A DNA stretch of 64,000 nucleotides from Acidobacteriota bacterium (GCA_018269005.1 JAFDVK010000053.1:28687-92686); one strand, 5' to 3'. Counted from the stretch's first letter, positions 37,961-47,955 are shown. Notes: generated from the letters alone by a model not told the origin. Numbers and translations: made by a program.

Positions 37961-38636
37961 CTTCTCGCCGAGCGGAAAAGCTTCGCTTTTCCGTGAACTA
38001 TTGTAAACTGCTCTGGCGGCTACGCCGCCGTTATGTTCTATATCTCCCGAGAAACTCCTGCATACTATTTCACCGCAGTTACGCATCACCGTCTACCTAT
38101 TTTTCGTAAGGGTGAAATGAAAGACGTGCTCTGCGGCGCTTACCAGGAGGCGTGCAACCGCCATGGAATTCTGATGCTTGCCTATGTTGTAATGCCCGAT
38201 CATACGCATTTGCTGACGCGATCAGAACAGGCAATGCCGGACGTCCTGCGTCTTCTGAATGGCGTTGCAGCAAGACGGATCATTCAATACCTGCAGGAGA
38301 ATGGCTTCCAGAACTCGCTTTTCAAACTCCGCGGAGAGGACAAAGGCCGCAACCATAGGCATTCGGTTTGGCAGCATCATTCTGATTCTTTCGAGATCTT
38401 CGGGGAGGAAACCTTTCGCCAAAAGGTCGAGTACATTCATCAAAATCCTGTACGCGCAGGGTTTGCTGAAGATCCGTTCGAGGATAGATTCTCAAGTGCA
38501 AGGCTATGGGCGGAGCGAGGTCAGAGCGATGAACCGTTGATCACTCAACATCGGCAGATCAAGTGGTCGGCGGCATAGCCGCCATTGTTCTCTTGGGCGG
38601 TTGCCGGAAAAGCGAAGCTTTTCCGCTCGGCGAGAA
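37961..38636 (+). mobile_element. RAYT/IS200-like unit: tyrosine (HUH) transposase flanked by perfect 33-nt inverted repeats and GGCGGC hairpins
   Basis: 37961-37993 (CTTCTCGCCGAGCGGAAAAGCTTCGCTTTTCCG) is the exact reverse complement of 38604-38636. Inner hairpins are GGCGGC-TAC-GCCGCC (38015-38029) and GGCGGC-ATA-GCCGCC (38569-38583). Confidence 0.75.
38033..38578 (+). CDS. REP-associated tyrosine transposase (IS200/Y1 HUH family)
   Basis: HUH motif MPDHTHLL and C-terminal Y motif YIHQNPV. 181 aa. Confidence 0.85.
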   Translation: MFYISRETPAYYFTAVTHHRLPIFRKGEMKDVLCGAYQEACNRHGILMLAYVVMPDHTHLLTRSEQAMPDVLRLLNGVAARRIIQYLQENGFQNSLFKLRGEDKGRNHRHSVWQHHSDSFEIFGEETFRQKVEYIHQNPVRAGFAEDPFEDRFSSARLWAERGQSDEPLITQHRQIKWSAA

Positions 38637-38681
38637 GAAGTTGAGTGGGACGAACCGCTAAGCGAGACGACGGAACCAACC

Positions 38682-39308
38682 TTAGCCGATCTCGAAGCGG
38701 CATTTTGGCAAACCCGTTCTGTCGCAGCACTCGGTAACTTCCTCGCCGGTGATCTCGGCGACGAGGCTTTCGGCGACCTTGCAAACCTCCGGATGTTCGG
38801 CGACCACGTCCGCGAACGGGCAGCATTCGCTCGCGATAACGACCTTTTTATTCTCGCGAATTATTGCCGCAGCTCCGCCAAGTTCTTCAAGCGTCGAAAC
38901 CGCGGCCTCAAGCCTCTTGTCGGCCGTCTTCATCGAACCCGCGGGCACATCCTTGCCGATACCTTTGCCGACCTCGCGCAAGGTCTTTAGAAACGCCTTC
39001 GGCGTGAGGTTGTTCTTGAAGCCTGCAAGAAGACGGTTCAGAAGCGAGTCATAGGCCGCGGGGAAGAGATGTCTCGCATCTTCGGCAAGTCCATATGCGA
39101 AATGCGGTTTGCGAAACCCTTTGATCATTCCTTTCGGCATCACAAGGTTGTCGCGTTCGAGCGCCAAAAGGTGAGCTCGGACGGCGTTATCGGTGATGCC
39201 GAGCGCGTCAGCGAGTTCGTTGACGGTACGGTCCCCGGTGCGCAGCTCCAGAACGATGCGGCCACGCGTGCTGGAAAAAAACCTTTCATCAAACTTCGTC
39301 TGAGCCAT
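38682..39308 (-). CDS. ArsR-type wHTH regulator with Cys-rich C-terminal domain
   Basis: ..TRGRIVLELRTGDRTVNELADALGITDNAVRAHL..LE wHTH. C-terminus CCPF..C..CC..C. Confidence 0.85.
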   Translation of the reverse strand: MAQTKFDERFFSSTRGRIVLELRTGDRTVNELADALGITDNAVRAHLLALERDNLVMPKGMIKGFRKPHFAYGLAEDARHLFPAAYDSLLNRLLAGFKNNLTPKAFLKTLREVGKGIGKDVPAGSMKTADKRLEAAVSTLEELGGAAAIIRENKKVVIASECCPFADVVAEHPEVCKVAESLVAEITGEEVTECCDRTGLPKCRFEIG

Positions 39309-39350
39309 ATTCCCTCGATATCAAAAATATCAAATTCGACAGAATATTAC

Positions 39351-39397
39351 AATAAGTCAAAATAGTTCTTGACTTATTAGGATGACGGATATATTCT
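39351..39397 (+). promoter_or_regulatory. 10-8-10 perfect inverted repeat overlapping a TTGACT-N17-TATTCT promoter
   Basis: AATAAGTCAA (39351-60), N8, TTGACTTATT (39369-78). TTGACT (39369-74), a 17-nt spacer, TATTCT (39392-97). It lies between the divergent regulator and membrane-protein genes. Confidence 0.4.
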
Positions 39398-39450
39398 TCG
39401 GATACAGCAACGGATTTTCGCTGATATCAAAAGAAAAAAGGAAGGGAAAA

Positions 39451-39876
39451 ATGGAAACAATAATGACAGCATCAGGAGCTATCGCCGAGGAAACGGCGGG
39501 CGACAAAACAGCCACGGCAGGATATCAGGCATTTCGTCTCCTGCAGTTCGCCTTTGTGGTCGCTCCGATCGCCGCGGGCCTCGATAAGTTCTTCCACGTG
39601 CTCGTGAACTGGGATCAATATCTTCCGAGCTTCGTGAACAACATGCTCGGCGGCCGCGGGCACGAATTTATGTACGTCGTCGGCGTGATCGAGATCGTCG
39701 CGGGCATTGGTGTGTTCCTGCGGCCTAAGATCTTCGCATACGTGGTGATGCTCTGGCTGCTCGCGATAATCGTCAATCTGCTGATGATTCCGGGCTATTT
39801 TGACGTTGCATTGCGTGATCTAGGCCTTGCGATAGCGGCGCTTGCGCTCGCACGTCTTAGCCGGGAGTATGCGTGA
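39451..39876 (+). CDS. membrane protein (4 TM, DoxX-like), unknown function
   Basis: ATG at 39451 preceded by AGGAAGGG. Hydrophobic segments FRLLQFAFVVAPIAAGL, VVGVIEIVAGIGVFL, VVMLWLLAIIVNLLMI. Confidence 0.65.
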   Translation: METIMTASGAIAEETAGDKTATAGYQAFRLLQFAFVVAPIAAGLDKFFHVLVNWDQYLPSFVNNMLGGRGHEFMYVVGVIEIVAGIGVFLRPKIFAYVVMLWLLAIIVNLLMIPGYFDVALRDLGLAIAALALARLSREYA

Positions 39877-39918
39877 ATTCGGGTTCAGAGGTTTATACTC
39901 GAAAAGAAGGTGCTTCTT

Positions 39919-40263
39919 ATGTCTTTGAGTATGAAACGCGCGTATGAGGAGCCTGCGGCCTCGGACGGGAAGCGGATCTTGATCGACCGTCTGTGGCCGC
40001 GCGGCATCTCCAAAGAGAAGGCTCGCATCGACATTTGGATGAAAGAGATCGCGCCCAGCACGGAGCTTCGAAAGTGGTTCGGGCACGATCCCGAAAAATG
40101 GAAGGAGTTCCAGACGCGATACGAGAAGGAACTTGCCGCCAACTCAGAACTCGTCGAATCCATCCGGAAGATGGCAAAACGCGACACTGTAACGCTCGTA
40201 TATTCCGCAAAGGATGAGGCGCATAACGACGCCGTCGTGCTGCTCGCGTGGTTGAAGAAGTAG
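39919..40263 (+). CDS. DUF488 family protein
   Basis: ..[30 protein letters not shown]....W..F...Y..EL signature. The ATG at 39919 has AAGAAGG 8 nt upstream. Confidence 0.85.
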   Translation: MSLSMKRAYEEPAASDGKRILIDRLWPRGISKEKARIDIWMKEIAPSTELRKWFGHDPEKWKEFQTRYEKELAANSELVESIRKMAKRDTVTLVYSAKDEAHNDAVVLLAWLKK

Positions 40264-40264
40264 T

Positions 40265-41500
40265 TCAAGTTCGGGCTTTGTCTTTTCGCGAGAGAATCGC
40301 GACCACGACGGCGGCGAGAAATGCACCTGCTGCCGCGATCGTTACACCATAGAAAGCGACAGTATAGTCACCGCTGTAAAGGTCTGCGAGATAGCCGGTG
40401 ATCTTGCCGCCGATAGCTGCGCCGATCACCTCGATCAGCGTTATCGTGCCAAGGATCCGGCCTGCATCGGCGCGTCCAAAGAGGTCGGACGCGAGCCGCT
40501 GGATAATGACGAATGTCCCGCCGTAACCAAGAGCGAACGGCAGAAGGAATACAAGAGCGGTCGAAGCCGTCAGATTGAGAAGCACGAGCGACGCGGCGAA
40601 GAGAAGGGCCGCGCAGAACGTCATTACGCGAACGGGCCCAAGCTTGTCGCTTGCAAACCCTGCAAGGAATTTCCCTCCGATACTTATAGCAAACAGCGCT
40701 GATTGTGCGAACGCGGCGGTCTCGGCAGAGACCCCGATCTTCGGCGTTTGAAGATAAAGAACGAACTGCTGGCTCGTTGCAAATATCGGATAAAAGATGA
40801 GAGCGGAACAGGCGGCAAGCGCCCAAAAGATAGGCGTTCGAAGAGCATGCGCCCAAGAGACACCGTCGATCGCGGCTTTGCCCGCAGTTTCGACGGTTCT
40901 GTCTGATGGTTCGCGGACGAATAGAAGGATCGCCGGCAAAAGAATGAACCAGACAAGCGAGCTTAGAGAAAGCATCGCCGTTCGCCAACCGTAATGTGCG
41001 ATGAGCGGTGAAGCGATCAGCGGAATTAGTGTCCCGCCAAGACTTGTACCAACCAGCGTAATTCCAAGCGCAGTGCCGCGTCCTTTTTCAAACCAGCGTG
41101 AGACAAGCACCACGCATGGAGCAACACCGATGAAACCGAGCGAAGCACCCATCAATGTGCGTGCAAAGTAGATCACGTTCGCCGTTTCACCTTGCGAATG
41201 CAGAACAAGGCCGCAGCCGAGTAAAATGCAGCCGGCGATCATCAGATTCTTTAGCGGAAAGCGGAGAGCGAGCCAACCTCCGAGGAGAGAAAAGACTCCC
41301 GAGAGCAAGAACGTGATATTGGCGGAATTCGCGATAAAGGTTTCCGCATGCGCGGCGGCGATCGCACCGGTCGCGACAAATTCTTCGCGAAGCGGCTTGT
41401 AGAACGGCGGGAGGCCGCCGATCGAGAGGCCGTTGCTGACAGCAAGTGAGACTGTCGCAACGGCCACGGTGCTCCACGAGGGAAATCGTCGTTTGCTCAC
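40265..41500 (-). CDS. MFS transporter
   Basis: 411 aa, about 12 TM, typical MFS loop pattern. Confidence 0.9.
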   Translation of the reverse strand: MSKRRFPSWSTVAVATVSLAVSNGLSIGGLPPFYKPLREEFVATGAIAAAHAETFIANSANITFLLSGVFSLLGGWLALRFPLKNLMIAGCILLGCGLVLHSQGETANVIYFARTLMGASLGFIGVAPCVVLVSRWFEKGRGTALGITLVGTSLGGTLIPLIASPLIAHYGWRTAMLSLSSLVWFILLPAILLFVREPSDRTVETAGKAAIDGVSWAHALRTPIFWALAACSALIFYPIFATSQQFVLYLQTPKIGVSAETAAFAQSALFAISIGGKFLAGFASDKLGPVRVMTFCAALLFAASLVLLNLTASTALVFLLPFALGYGGTFVIIQRLASDLFGRADAGRILGTITLIEVIGAAIGGKITGYLADLYSGDYTVAFYGVTIAAAGAFLAAVVVAILSRKDKART

Positions 41501-41505
41501 GTGAT

Positions 41506-43311
41506 CTATTTTAGCGGAGTAGTGATCCGGCCGACGGGATAGACACCTTGTTTCTGGTTGAGAAAATATGGTGTCCGCTCATAAAAGAACTGCAATCTGG
41601 CTCGCGGGTTTCGGGCAAAGTTCGGATCCAGCAATTTCTTGTCGAATTCCTCTTTGAGTTTTGGGTCCTTGGCAAGCATCTCGCGTGCGAGTTTCTCCAA
41701 AGCGTAGCCCGAACCAAACTCTTTCAGCTCGAAGATCGAATCAAAAAATCCCCAGAGCACGAACGAATCCGGTCCGGCCGGTTCGAGCAAATGGATAGCG
41801 ACGTTCGCCCCTTCCTGATCCAACGGCACGATAACAGAGCCGGCCGCATAGGTTCGTTTTTCGCTGTATGCGACAGGTTTTGTGCGTAGCGTGATCCGAT
41901 TTTCGAACGACGAGGTTGCCCATTTCGGTTCCGTGAGATGGTAGCTTTCGACCTCGATAGTTAGCGGTTTGCGGATAGTTCGCATCTTCAGCCCGTGCAG
42001 CTTCAACACCTCGATCACGTCTTTGTATTGCGGAGGAATGATGTAGGCGAGCGGCGGTGCGACCGAGTCAACAACGCGGCCTTCGTCGTATTTCTTGATC
42101 GTGTACTCTTTCGGCGTCGTTCCATATACGAGCATCTTTCCGCCGGAAATATCAGAGTCTTGGATCGAATATTCGACGCCCTTGAACTTCATCTCCGTCG
42201 CCTTATCGGTCACCGAAAGGTTCAGCGGAAATTGCCGCTTCGGGTCATACGTTTTACCACGCTCCACGGTCTGCGTGTCAGCGATCGTATCAACGGCGAA
42301 GAGGCTCTCTCTTGCCTTTCCGATCTCTTCAATAAAATATCGAAGTGTGTCGTAAGTGCCGCGAACACGCGACTTATACGGTTTATAGACGTGGGTTTCG
42401 ATCAGCAGGCCGACGCGATTCCGCAGCGGTGTGTATCCGGTCGAGAATCTCGGAGTTGCGATGAACGTCGCGATTCCGCTCGTGATCTCGCGGCCGGCGA
42501 ATTCGACATAGTGCGTAACAATGTTGCCTTCTTTCTCGATCTTGGGTACGACATTCTTGTCAAAATGTTCGTCCATCCAATCTTTGATCTTTGGATCGAC
42601 CTCCTGAAAATGCGCGTATTCGTATGTCACGTTGTATTGAAAGTCAGCGCCGTCAGTAACGTGGCAATCGATGAATACATCCGGGTTCCATTCGTTCCAG
42701 AGCTTTAGCCAGCCGCGGGTTTCAGGCGCGTCGGCCTTCATATAGTCGCGGTTGAGATTTAGGTTGGTCGCGTTTCCGCGAAAGCCCATCTCAGCAGGCC
42801 CGTTCTGTGCGAAACGCATATACGGATTCGAGTTCTCGTGGCCATCAACGTTATAGATGACTTGAAAAAGGATAACTACGTGGTCGAGCAACTTCGTGCG
42901 CGTCTTAGTGATCGCTATATCGCGAAGCAGGGCAAATCCGGCATCTTTGCCGTCGATCTCACCCGCGTGAATTCCGGCCTGAACTAGCACGACCGCCTTG
43001 CCTTGTTCGCGTGCGAGTTTCGGTGTGAAAGCTCCATCGCTCGCTGCGATCAGCAAAGGTAGATCGCGGCCTTCGCCGCTTTTGCCGTACGTCGAGTATT
43101 TGATCAGAGGCGACGCGGCATCGAGTTTCTCGGCGTAGGCGACCGCTTGATCATATGTGCCGGTACGGTCGTAGTTCGTCTTTTCAGCGACGGTCTGCCA
43201 TTCGCGGGGTACTTTTCCCATATCGCTCTGCGCAAAAACGCCAAGTGCGGTGAACAAACTTCCGATGACAAGCACAACAGTCGTTATGCCGAAGCGTGTC
43301 AAACTTTTCAT
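41506..43311 (-). CDS. secreted M14-family zinc carboxypeptidase-like protein
   Basis: ..VLVQAGIHAGEIDGKDA.. (HxxE zinc motif). ATG at 43311 gives signal peptide MKSLTRFGITTVVLVIGSLFTALGVFAQ. The track start at 43353 is a TTG. Confidence 0.85.
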   Translation of the reverse strand: MKSLTRFGITTVVLVIGSLFTALGVFAQSDMGKVPREWQTVAEKTNYDRTGTYDQAVAYAEKLDAASPLIKYSTYGKSGEGRDLPLLIAASDGAFTPKLAREQGKAVVLVQAGIHAGEIDGKDAGFALLRDIAITKTRTKLLDHVVILFQVIYNVDGHENSNPYMRFAQNGPAEMGFRGNATNLNLNRDYMKADAPETRGWLKLWNEWNPDVFIDCHVTDGADFQYNVTYEYAHFQEVDPKIKDWMDEHFDKNVVPKIEKEGNIVTHYVEFAGREITSGIATFIATPRFSTGYTPLRNRVGLLIETHVYKPYKSRVRGTYDTLRYFIEEIGKARESLFAVDTIADTQTVERGKTYDPKRQFPLNLSVTDKATEMKFKGVEYSIQDSDISGGKMLVYGTTPKEYTIKKYDEGRVVDSVAPPLAYIIPPQYKDVIEVLKLHGLKMRTIRKPLTIEVESYHLTEPKWATSSFENRITLRTKPVAYSEKRTYAAGSVIVPLDQEGANVAIHLLEPAGPDSFVLWGFFDSIFELKEFGSGYALEKLAREMLAKDPKLKEEFDKKLLDPNFARNPRARLQFFYERTPYFLNQKQGVYPVGRITTPLK

Positions 43312-43349
43312 AGAATCTAAGTGCTTACGCAAAGCAGGAAGTGCGGGTT

Positions 43350-43997
43350 TCAACGAGTTTGCGGTAAATATTCGGGCGGCTTGATGCCTTCAAGATTCCG
43401 CTCGTCGGCGATCGGTGTCCCGAAAGTCGTTTGGATCGGCACAACACCGGCCCATATCGGCAGCAAATAGTCCTCCTCGTCGTCCTTCGGTGGGCCCGTG
43501 CGGACCTTTGCCGATGCTTTCTCGATCGGCAGCCGCAGAACCGTCGTGCCTTTCAGCTCCTTGTCCGATGGCGGCCGAGCATCTTTCCAACGGTGTCGAA
43601 TGACGTGTTCGCTCAATATCTCAAGGGCTCTGACCTTTTCTTCTTTTTCGTTGATCAGCTCGGCCTTTCCAAAGATAACGGCCGAGCGGTAATTCATCGA
43701 ATGATGGAAGGCCGAGCGGGCAAGTACTAGTCCGTCAACGAGCGTGACGGTAACGCAGACATCAATGCCGTTTGAAAGATCGCGGAGCATTCGGCTTGCC
43801 GCAGAACCGTGAATTATGAGTTCGCTGCCGTCGCGGCCAAAAAGCGTCGGAATTACGACGGGCCCATGTTCGGTGCTGAAGCCGACGTGGCAAATGAACG
43901 CCTCGTCGAGGATAGAATTGATCGTGTCGCGATCGTATCGGCCGCGGTCGGGCAGGCGTTTTACACGTGTTCGCTCAGTTCTTTCAACGTTTCTCAT
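43350..43997 (-). CDS. pyridoxamine 5'-phosphate oxidase-family (FMN-binding split barrel) protein
   Basis: ..RVKRLPDRGRYDRDTINSILDE..ICHVGF....GPVVIPT.. pattern of COG3467-type proteins. Confidence 0.85.
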   Translation of the reverse strand: MRNVERTERTRVKRLPDRGRYDRDTINSILDEAFICHVGFSTEHGPVVIPTLFGRDGSELIIHGSAASRMLRDLSNGIDVCVTVTLVDGLVLARSAFHHSMNYRSAVIFGKAELINEKEEKVRALEILSEHVIRHRWKDARPPSDKELKGTTVLRLPIEKASAKVRTGPPKDDEEDYLLPIWAGVVPIQTTFGTPIADERNLEGIKPPEYLPQTR

Positions 43998-44019
43998 AAT
44001 TTACAAGGCGGCTCGCGCA

Positions 44020-46737
44020 TTATTTTGCGTCCATCCAGTTATCGCCGACGCCGACCTCGACGATGAGCGGGACATCGAGTTCTGCGGCAGCTTCCATTTC
44101 GCGTTTGATGATAGCGGACGCGTGTTCGACCTCGCTCTCGGGCGCCTCAAAAAGAAGTTCGTCATGAACTTGCATGATCATTTTCGTATCGAGTCCTTCG
44201 TCGCGAAGAGCCTTTTCCACGCGGATCATTGCGATCTTGACGATGTCGCTCGCCGTGCCTTGGATCGGCATATTGATCGCCTCGCGCTCTTGTCTCGCCC
44301 GAACCGTAAAATTGCGGTCGTTGATCGAAGGGAAGTAGCGTCGGCGGCCGAAAAGGGAAGTGACGAAGCCGTTCTTCTTGGCTTCTTGCGGGATCTCGTC
44401 CATATATTTTCGGATGCCCTTGTATGTTGCAAAATAATCATCGATGACCTTGCGGGCTTCTGCGCGCGAGATACCGACACGCGTCGAAAGCCCGAATGCC
44501 TCGACGGCGTACGCGATGCCGAAGTTGACGATCTTCGCAAGGCGGCGTTTTTCTTTGAGGTCTTTTTCGTCGGTCGCACCAAATACGAGGCGCGCGGTGT
44601 TTGCGTGAATATCCTCGCCATCCTGGAACGCCTTTGTCATCACTGCATCTTTCGTGATGTGTGCGAGGATGCGCAGTTCGAGCTGCGAATAGTCGGCGGA
44701 GATCAGCTTCTTGCCTTTTTCGGGAATGAAGGAACGACGGATTTCCTGACCTAAGGCCGTACGGACCGGAATATTCTGCAGGTTCGGGTCTGTCGAGCTA
44801 AGGCGGCCTGTGGCCGCGACAGTTTGATTCAAACAGCCGTGAATACGGCCGTCTTCGCGGATCAGTTTCGGCAAAGCCTCCGCGTATGTCGCACGAAGCT
44901 TGTCCATTTCGCGGTAGTCGATGATCAGCTGCGCGATCTCGTAAGTCTGGGCGAGTTCGACGAGCACATCGTGGCTCGTTGATATCTGTCCGGTCGCGGT
45001 CTTCTTGCCTGTTTCGATGTTGAGTTCCGCAAAGACCTCGCCGACCTGTTTCGGCGAACCGATATTGAATTCGCGTCCTGCAAGTTCGAAGAGCCGTTTG
45101 CTCAACGCCTCCAGCTGCTCCTTTATGTCCGCGGAGAAACTTACCAGGGCTTCGCCGTCAACTTTCATTCCGACGAGCTCAATGTCCGCAAGAACGTCTA
45201 TCATCGGAAGTTCGATGCCGGCATAGACATTTTCCTGGTCATTGGATCGCAGTTTCTGCCGAAGAACGGGAGCAACGCGTGCGGCGATATCGGCAAGTTC
45301 TGCCGTTCGGAACGCCGCTTCGTCAATTCCCTCAGGGATCGTGTGGGCGATATCGCTGTCGAGATATGCCTGTGCGAGGAAGTCGATCGGGTAGTTCGTG
45401 CGGCCGGGATCGAGCAGATAGGCCGCGACCATGACGTCGTCCGTGACGGCAGTCGGTTCAATGCCGAGCTTGAGGAGCGCGCCGTTTATGCTTTTCGCAT
45501 CGTAGGCGGCCTTGTCGAGGAATTTGTTCGTCAGGATGTCGCGGAGCGGGCCGATCGCTTTTGAGCTGCCGCCTTCAAAGTTTTCAAGATCGACATAGAA
45601 AGCCTCTCCATTACCAAGAGCGATGCCGACGCCGAGCGGCGCAAGTTTGTCGTACGTGCTCGAACGTCCGTCCGAATTGGAATCATTTACCGAATAGCCG
45701 AACTCATCGCTCTCGAACAGTCTTCTGATCACCCTATCGAGTTCAGCTCCGTTCGTAACAACGGAATAAGCTGTCTCAATACGCTTTTCCGCAGCCTCAC
45801 CCGTATGCGTCGGCAAGCTGTCGAACAAACCCGCGGATGCGTCTGAAAACTCTTTGACGAGCGACTTGAACTCCAATTCACGGAAAAGCTCGTAAGCCTT
45901 TTCTCGATCCGGAGCACGATGTACAAGTGCGTTAAGATCCATTTCGAGCGGAACTTCGCAATGGATCGTCGCAAGCTCCAGGGACTGTTCGATCAGCTTG
46001 CGATTGTTCTGCAGGCTTTCGCGATACGTCTTATGCGTGACCTCGTCGGCGCGATCCATCGCTTCGCGAGCACCGCCGAAATCAAGCACCAGCTTCAGCG
46101 CACCTTTCTCGCCGATTCCGGGCGCGCCTGGAATGTTATCGACCGAATCGCCCATCAACCCGAGCAGGTCGATGATCTTCGAGGGCGGCACGCCGAACTT
46201 TTTCTCGACCCAAGCTTCGTCGCACCACTCGATCGGCGGCACGGGAACCTTTCGCCGAAGATTCTGTGCATTTTGCCGCATCGCGACGACGTTCGGGTCA
46301 CGCACGAGCTGGCAAAGGTCCTTGTCGTTGGAGACAATGACGCACTTCATTCCTTTTGCGGCGATCTGCCTCGAGAACGTGCCGATGATGTCGTCGGCCT
46401 CGTAGCCGTCGAGCTTTACGACCGGAATGCTGAACGCCTCGCAGACCCTTTCAATGTATGGAAGCTGCGACACCAGATCGTCGGGCATCGCCTCGCGGTT
46501 GGCCTTGTAGTCCTCGAAAGAATCGTGTCGGAACGTCGGCGCGAACGTGTCCCAAACCGCCGCGATGTAGTCCGGCCTCTCGTCATTCAACAGCTTCCGC
46601 AGCATATTCGTAAAGACGAAAACAGCCTGCGTTACTTGACCCTTGCTGTTGCGTAAGGGTTCCTGCTTCATCCCCATCGGGGCAAAAAATGCCCGATAGA
46701 CGTGGCTCATCGCGTCGATCAGAAATACTCGCTTCAT
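44020..46737 (-). CDS. polA: DNA polymerase I
   Basis: 5'-nuclease N-terminus (..LIDAMSHVYRAFFA..), 3'-5' exonuclease-like middle, and pol motifs A/B/C (..DYSQLELRILAH.., ..RRLAKIVNFGIAY.., ..QVHDELLFE..). 905 aa. Confidence 0.98.
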   Translation of the reverse strand: MKRVFLIDAMSHVYRAFFAPMGMKQEPLRNSKGQVTQAVFVFTNMLRKLLNDERPDYIAAVWDTFAPTFRHDSFEDYKANREAMPDDLVSQLPYIERVCEAFSIPVVKLDGYEADDIIGTFSRQIAAKGMKCVIVSNDKDLCQLVRDPNVVAMRQNAQNLRRKVPVPPIEWCDEAWVEKKFGVPPSKIIDLLGLMGDSVDNIPGAPGIGEKGALKLVLDFGGAREAMDRADEVTHKTYRESLQNNRKLIEQSLELATIHCEVPLEMDLNALVHRAPDREKAYELFRELEFKSLVKEFSDASAGLFDSLPTHTGEAAEKRIETAYSVVTNGAELDRVIRRLFESDEFGYSVNDSNSDGRSSTYDKLAPLGVGIALGNGEAFYVDLENFEGGSSKAIGPLRDILTNKFLDKAAYDAKSINGALLKLGIEPTAVTDDVMVAAYLLDPGRTNYPIDFLAQAYLDSDIAHTIPEGIDEAAFRTAELADIAARVAPVLRQKLRSNDQENVYAGIELPMIDVLADIELVGMKVDGEALVSFSADIKEQLEALSKRLFELAGREFNIGSPKQVGEVFAELNIETGKKTATGQISTSHDVLVELAQTYEIAQLIIDYREMDKLRATYAEALPKLIREDGRIHGCLNQTVAATGRLSSTDPNLQNIPVRTALGQEIRRSFIPEKGKKLISADYSQLELRILAHITKDAVMTKAFQDGEDIHANTARLVFGATDEKDLKEKRRLAKIVNFGIAYAVEAFGLSTRVGISRAEARKVIDDYFATYKGIRKYMDEIPQEAKKNGFVTSLFGRRRYFPSINDRNFTVRARQEREAINMPIQGTASDIVKIAMIRVEKALRDEGLDTKMIMQVHDELLFEAPESEVEHASAIIKREMEAAAELDVPLIVEVGVGDNWMDAK

Positions 46738-46792
46738 CTGTTAGGCGATTTTAGCGTGATTTGGGACTTAAAGCTAAAGCCTCCTGAAGGGT

Positions 46793-47431
46793 GTCAGAAC
46801 CGAGAGCGATAGTAACGGTGCTTCTTCCTGTCAGAACCGGGAGCGATAGCGACTGGGTTTTTCTTACCACCAATCAAAGTCAGGCAATTTATCGCCTTGT
46901 TCGTTATTAACATAGTTGCAGGCCTCCCAGACGCTCTTCTCGGTCCAGAGATTTCGTTTGCTGCCCTTGTCAGCCCAAGGCGAGTGTTCGTGCAGCCACA
47001 ATCGGTCTTCGCGAAGCTGTCTTGTTGCATTGGCTTTCAATGCGATCAGAGCATCTTTGGGTTTTTTTGATCCGATAAACACAACAACGTGAACGTGATT
47101 CGTCCGAACGTGGATGGCGAGCAACGTCCAGTTGCGCTTGATGCATAGGTCGCGTATCGCATTCTCGACGGACCGACGGCGCTCAGCGTTCAGCTTCACC
47201 GGAGGATGACGCAACATGTCTTCGTTATGCTTGAGCCAGTTGGGACTTGACGGGATCCTTGGAGATCGGTAAACGTTGTTGTGGCGATCGACACTGCCGC
47301 GTTCGTCGCCGTGAAGCCACGTGCCGTAACAGCGAAAGGTAAAGAAAACTGCCAGCGGGATGTCTGTGTCGTTCCACATTGCTTAGTCGTCTAGGGAGAA
47401 GAACCCGTTCGCTATCGCTCCCGGTTCTGAC
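46793..47431 (-). mobile_element. second RAYT unit flanked by inverted copies of a different REP (GTCAGAACCGGGAGCGATAGCGAC)
   Basis: REP copies lie at 46793-46818 and 46830-46859. The inverted copy AACCCGTTCGCTATCGCTCCCGGTTCTGAC lies at 47402-47431. Confidence 0.7.
46864..47379 (-). CDS. REP-associated tyrosine transposase (IS200/Y1 HUH family), second paralog
   Basis: HUH motif RTNHVHVVV and a C-terminal Tyr region (..ACNYVNNEQ). 171 aa. Confidence 0.85.
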   Translation of the reverse strand: MWNDTDIPLAVFFTFRCYGTWLHGDERGSVDRHNNVYRSPRIPSSPNWLKHNEDMLRHPPVKLNAERRRSVENAIRDLCIKRNWTLLAIHVRTNHVHVVVFIGSKKPKDALIALKANATRQLREDRLWLHEHSPWADKGSKRNLWTEKSVWEACNYVNNEQGDKLPDFDWW

Positions 47432-47445
47432 CCGGCTTAGCGTTC

Positions 47446-47955
47446 TCAGTAACCGATAAGCAGTATCCCTTTTAGCGGAAGGCGAAGGCGATTTGAGATG
47501 TAGAGAGTTTCAAGGAAGGCGTAGATCTTCGAAAAGTCATCGCTACCCCGATAAACATTTCGAACGGCTATCACCAAATACTCGACTTCAAACATCATGC
47601 ACGCCTGAAAAATATCTTTGAGGAACTGATTATTAGCTACCGCACGACCGGCTTCTACTTCGATTACGATCTTGCCGTCGCTGCTAACCGCGTCTGCGTT
47701 AAATGACTTGTCGATTTGATCGTTCAATCCGAAAAGCACGGGAACGCTGATCTTTTGATCAGCAGATTTTCCAGATTCAACTTGGTAGCTATGGTTTTCG
47801 AGGTGTGGTCGAAGCACGGCAAGGACATCGTTGCTATTCAGCTCATGCTCAGATGATGTGATCGCGGCTTCAGAAGCAACAAAGCAATCAAGAATGTCTT
47901 GAATTGCCTTGTTAATGCCCTGTGAGCGCGGAAAGAATTGAAATCTTATCATCAA
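47446..47955 (-). CDS. PD-(D/E)xK nuclease-fold protein, BamHI/BglII-like core (orphan)
   Basis: D..x10..IEVEAG followed by ..NNQFLKDIF.. and a C-terminal ..LPLKGILLIGY. Low G+C. See finding. Confidence 0.6.
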   Translation of the reverse strand: MMIRFQFFPRSQGINKAIQDILDCFVASEAAITSSEHELNSNDVLAVLRPHLENHSYQVESGKSADQKISVPVLFGLNDQIDKSFNADAVSSDGKIVIEVEAGRAVANNQFLKDIFQACMMFEVEYLVIAVRNVYRGSDDFSKIYAFLETLYISNRLRLPLKGILLIGY

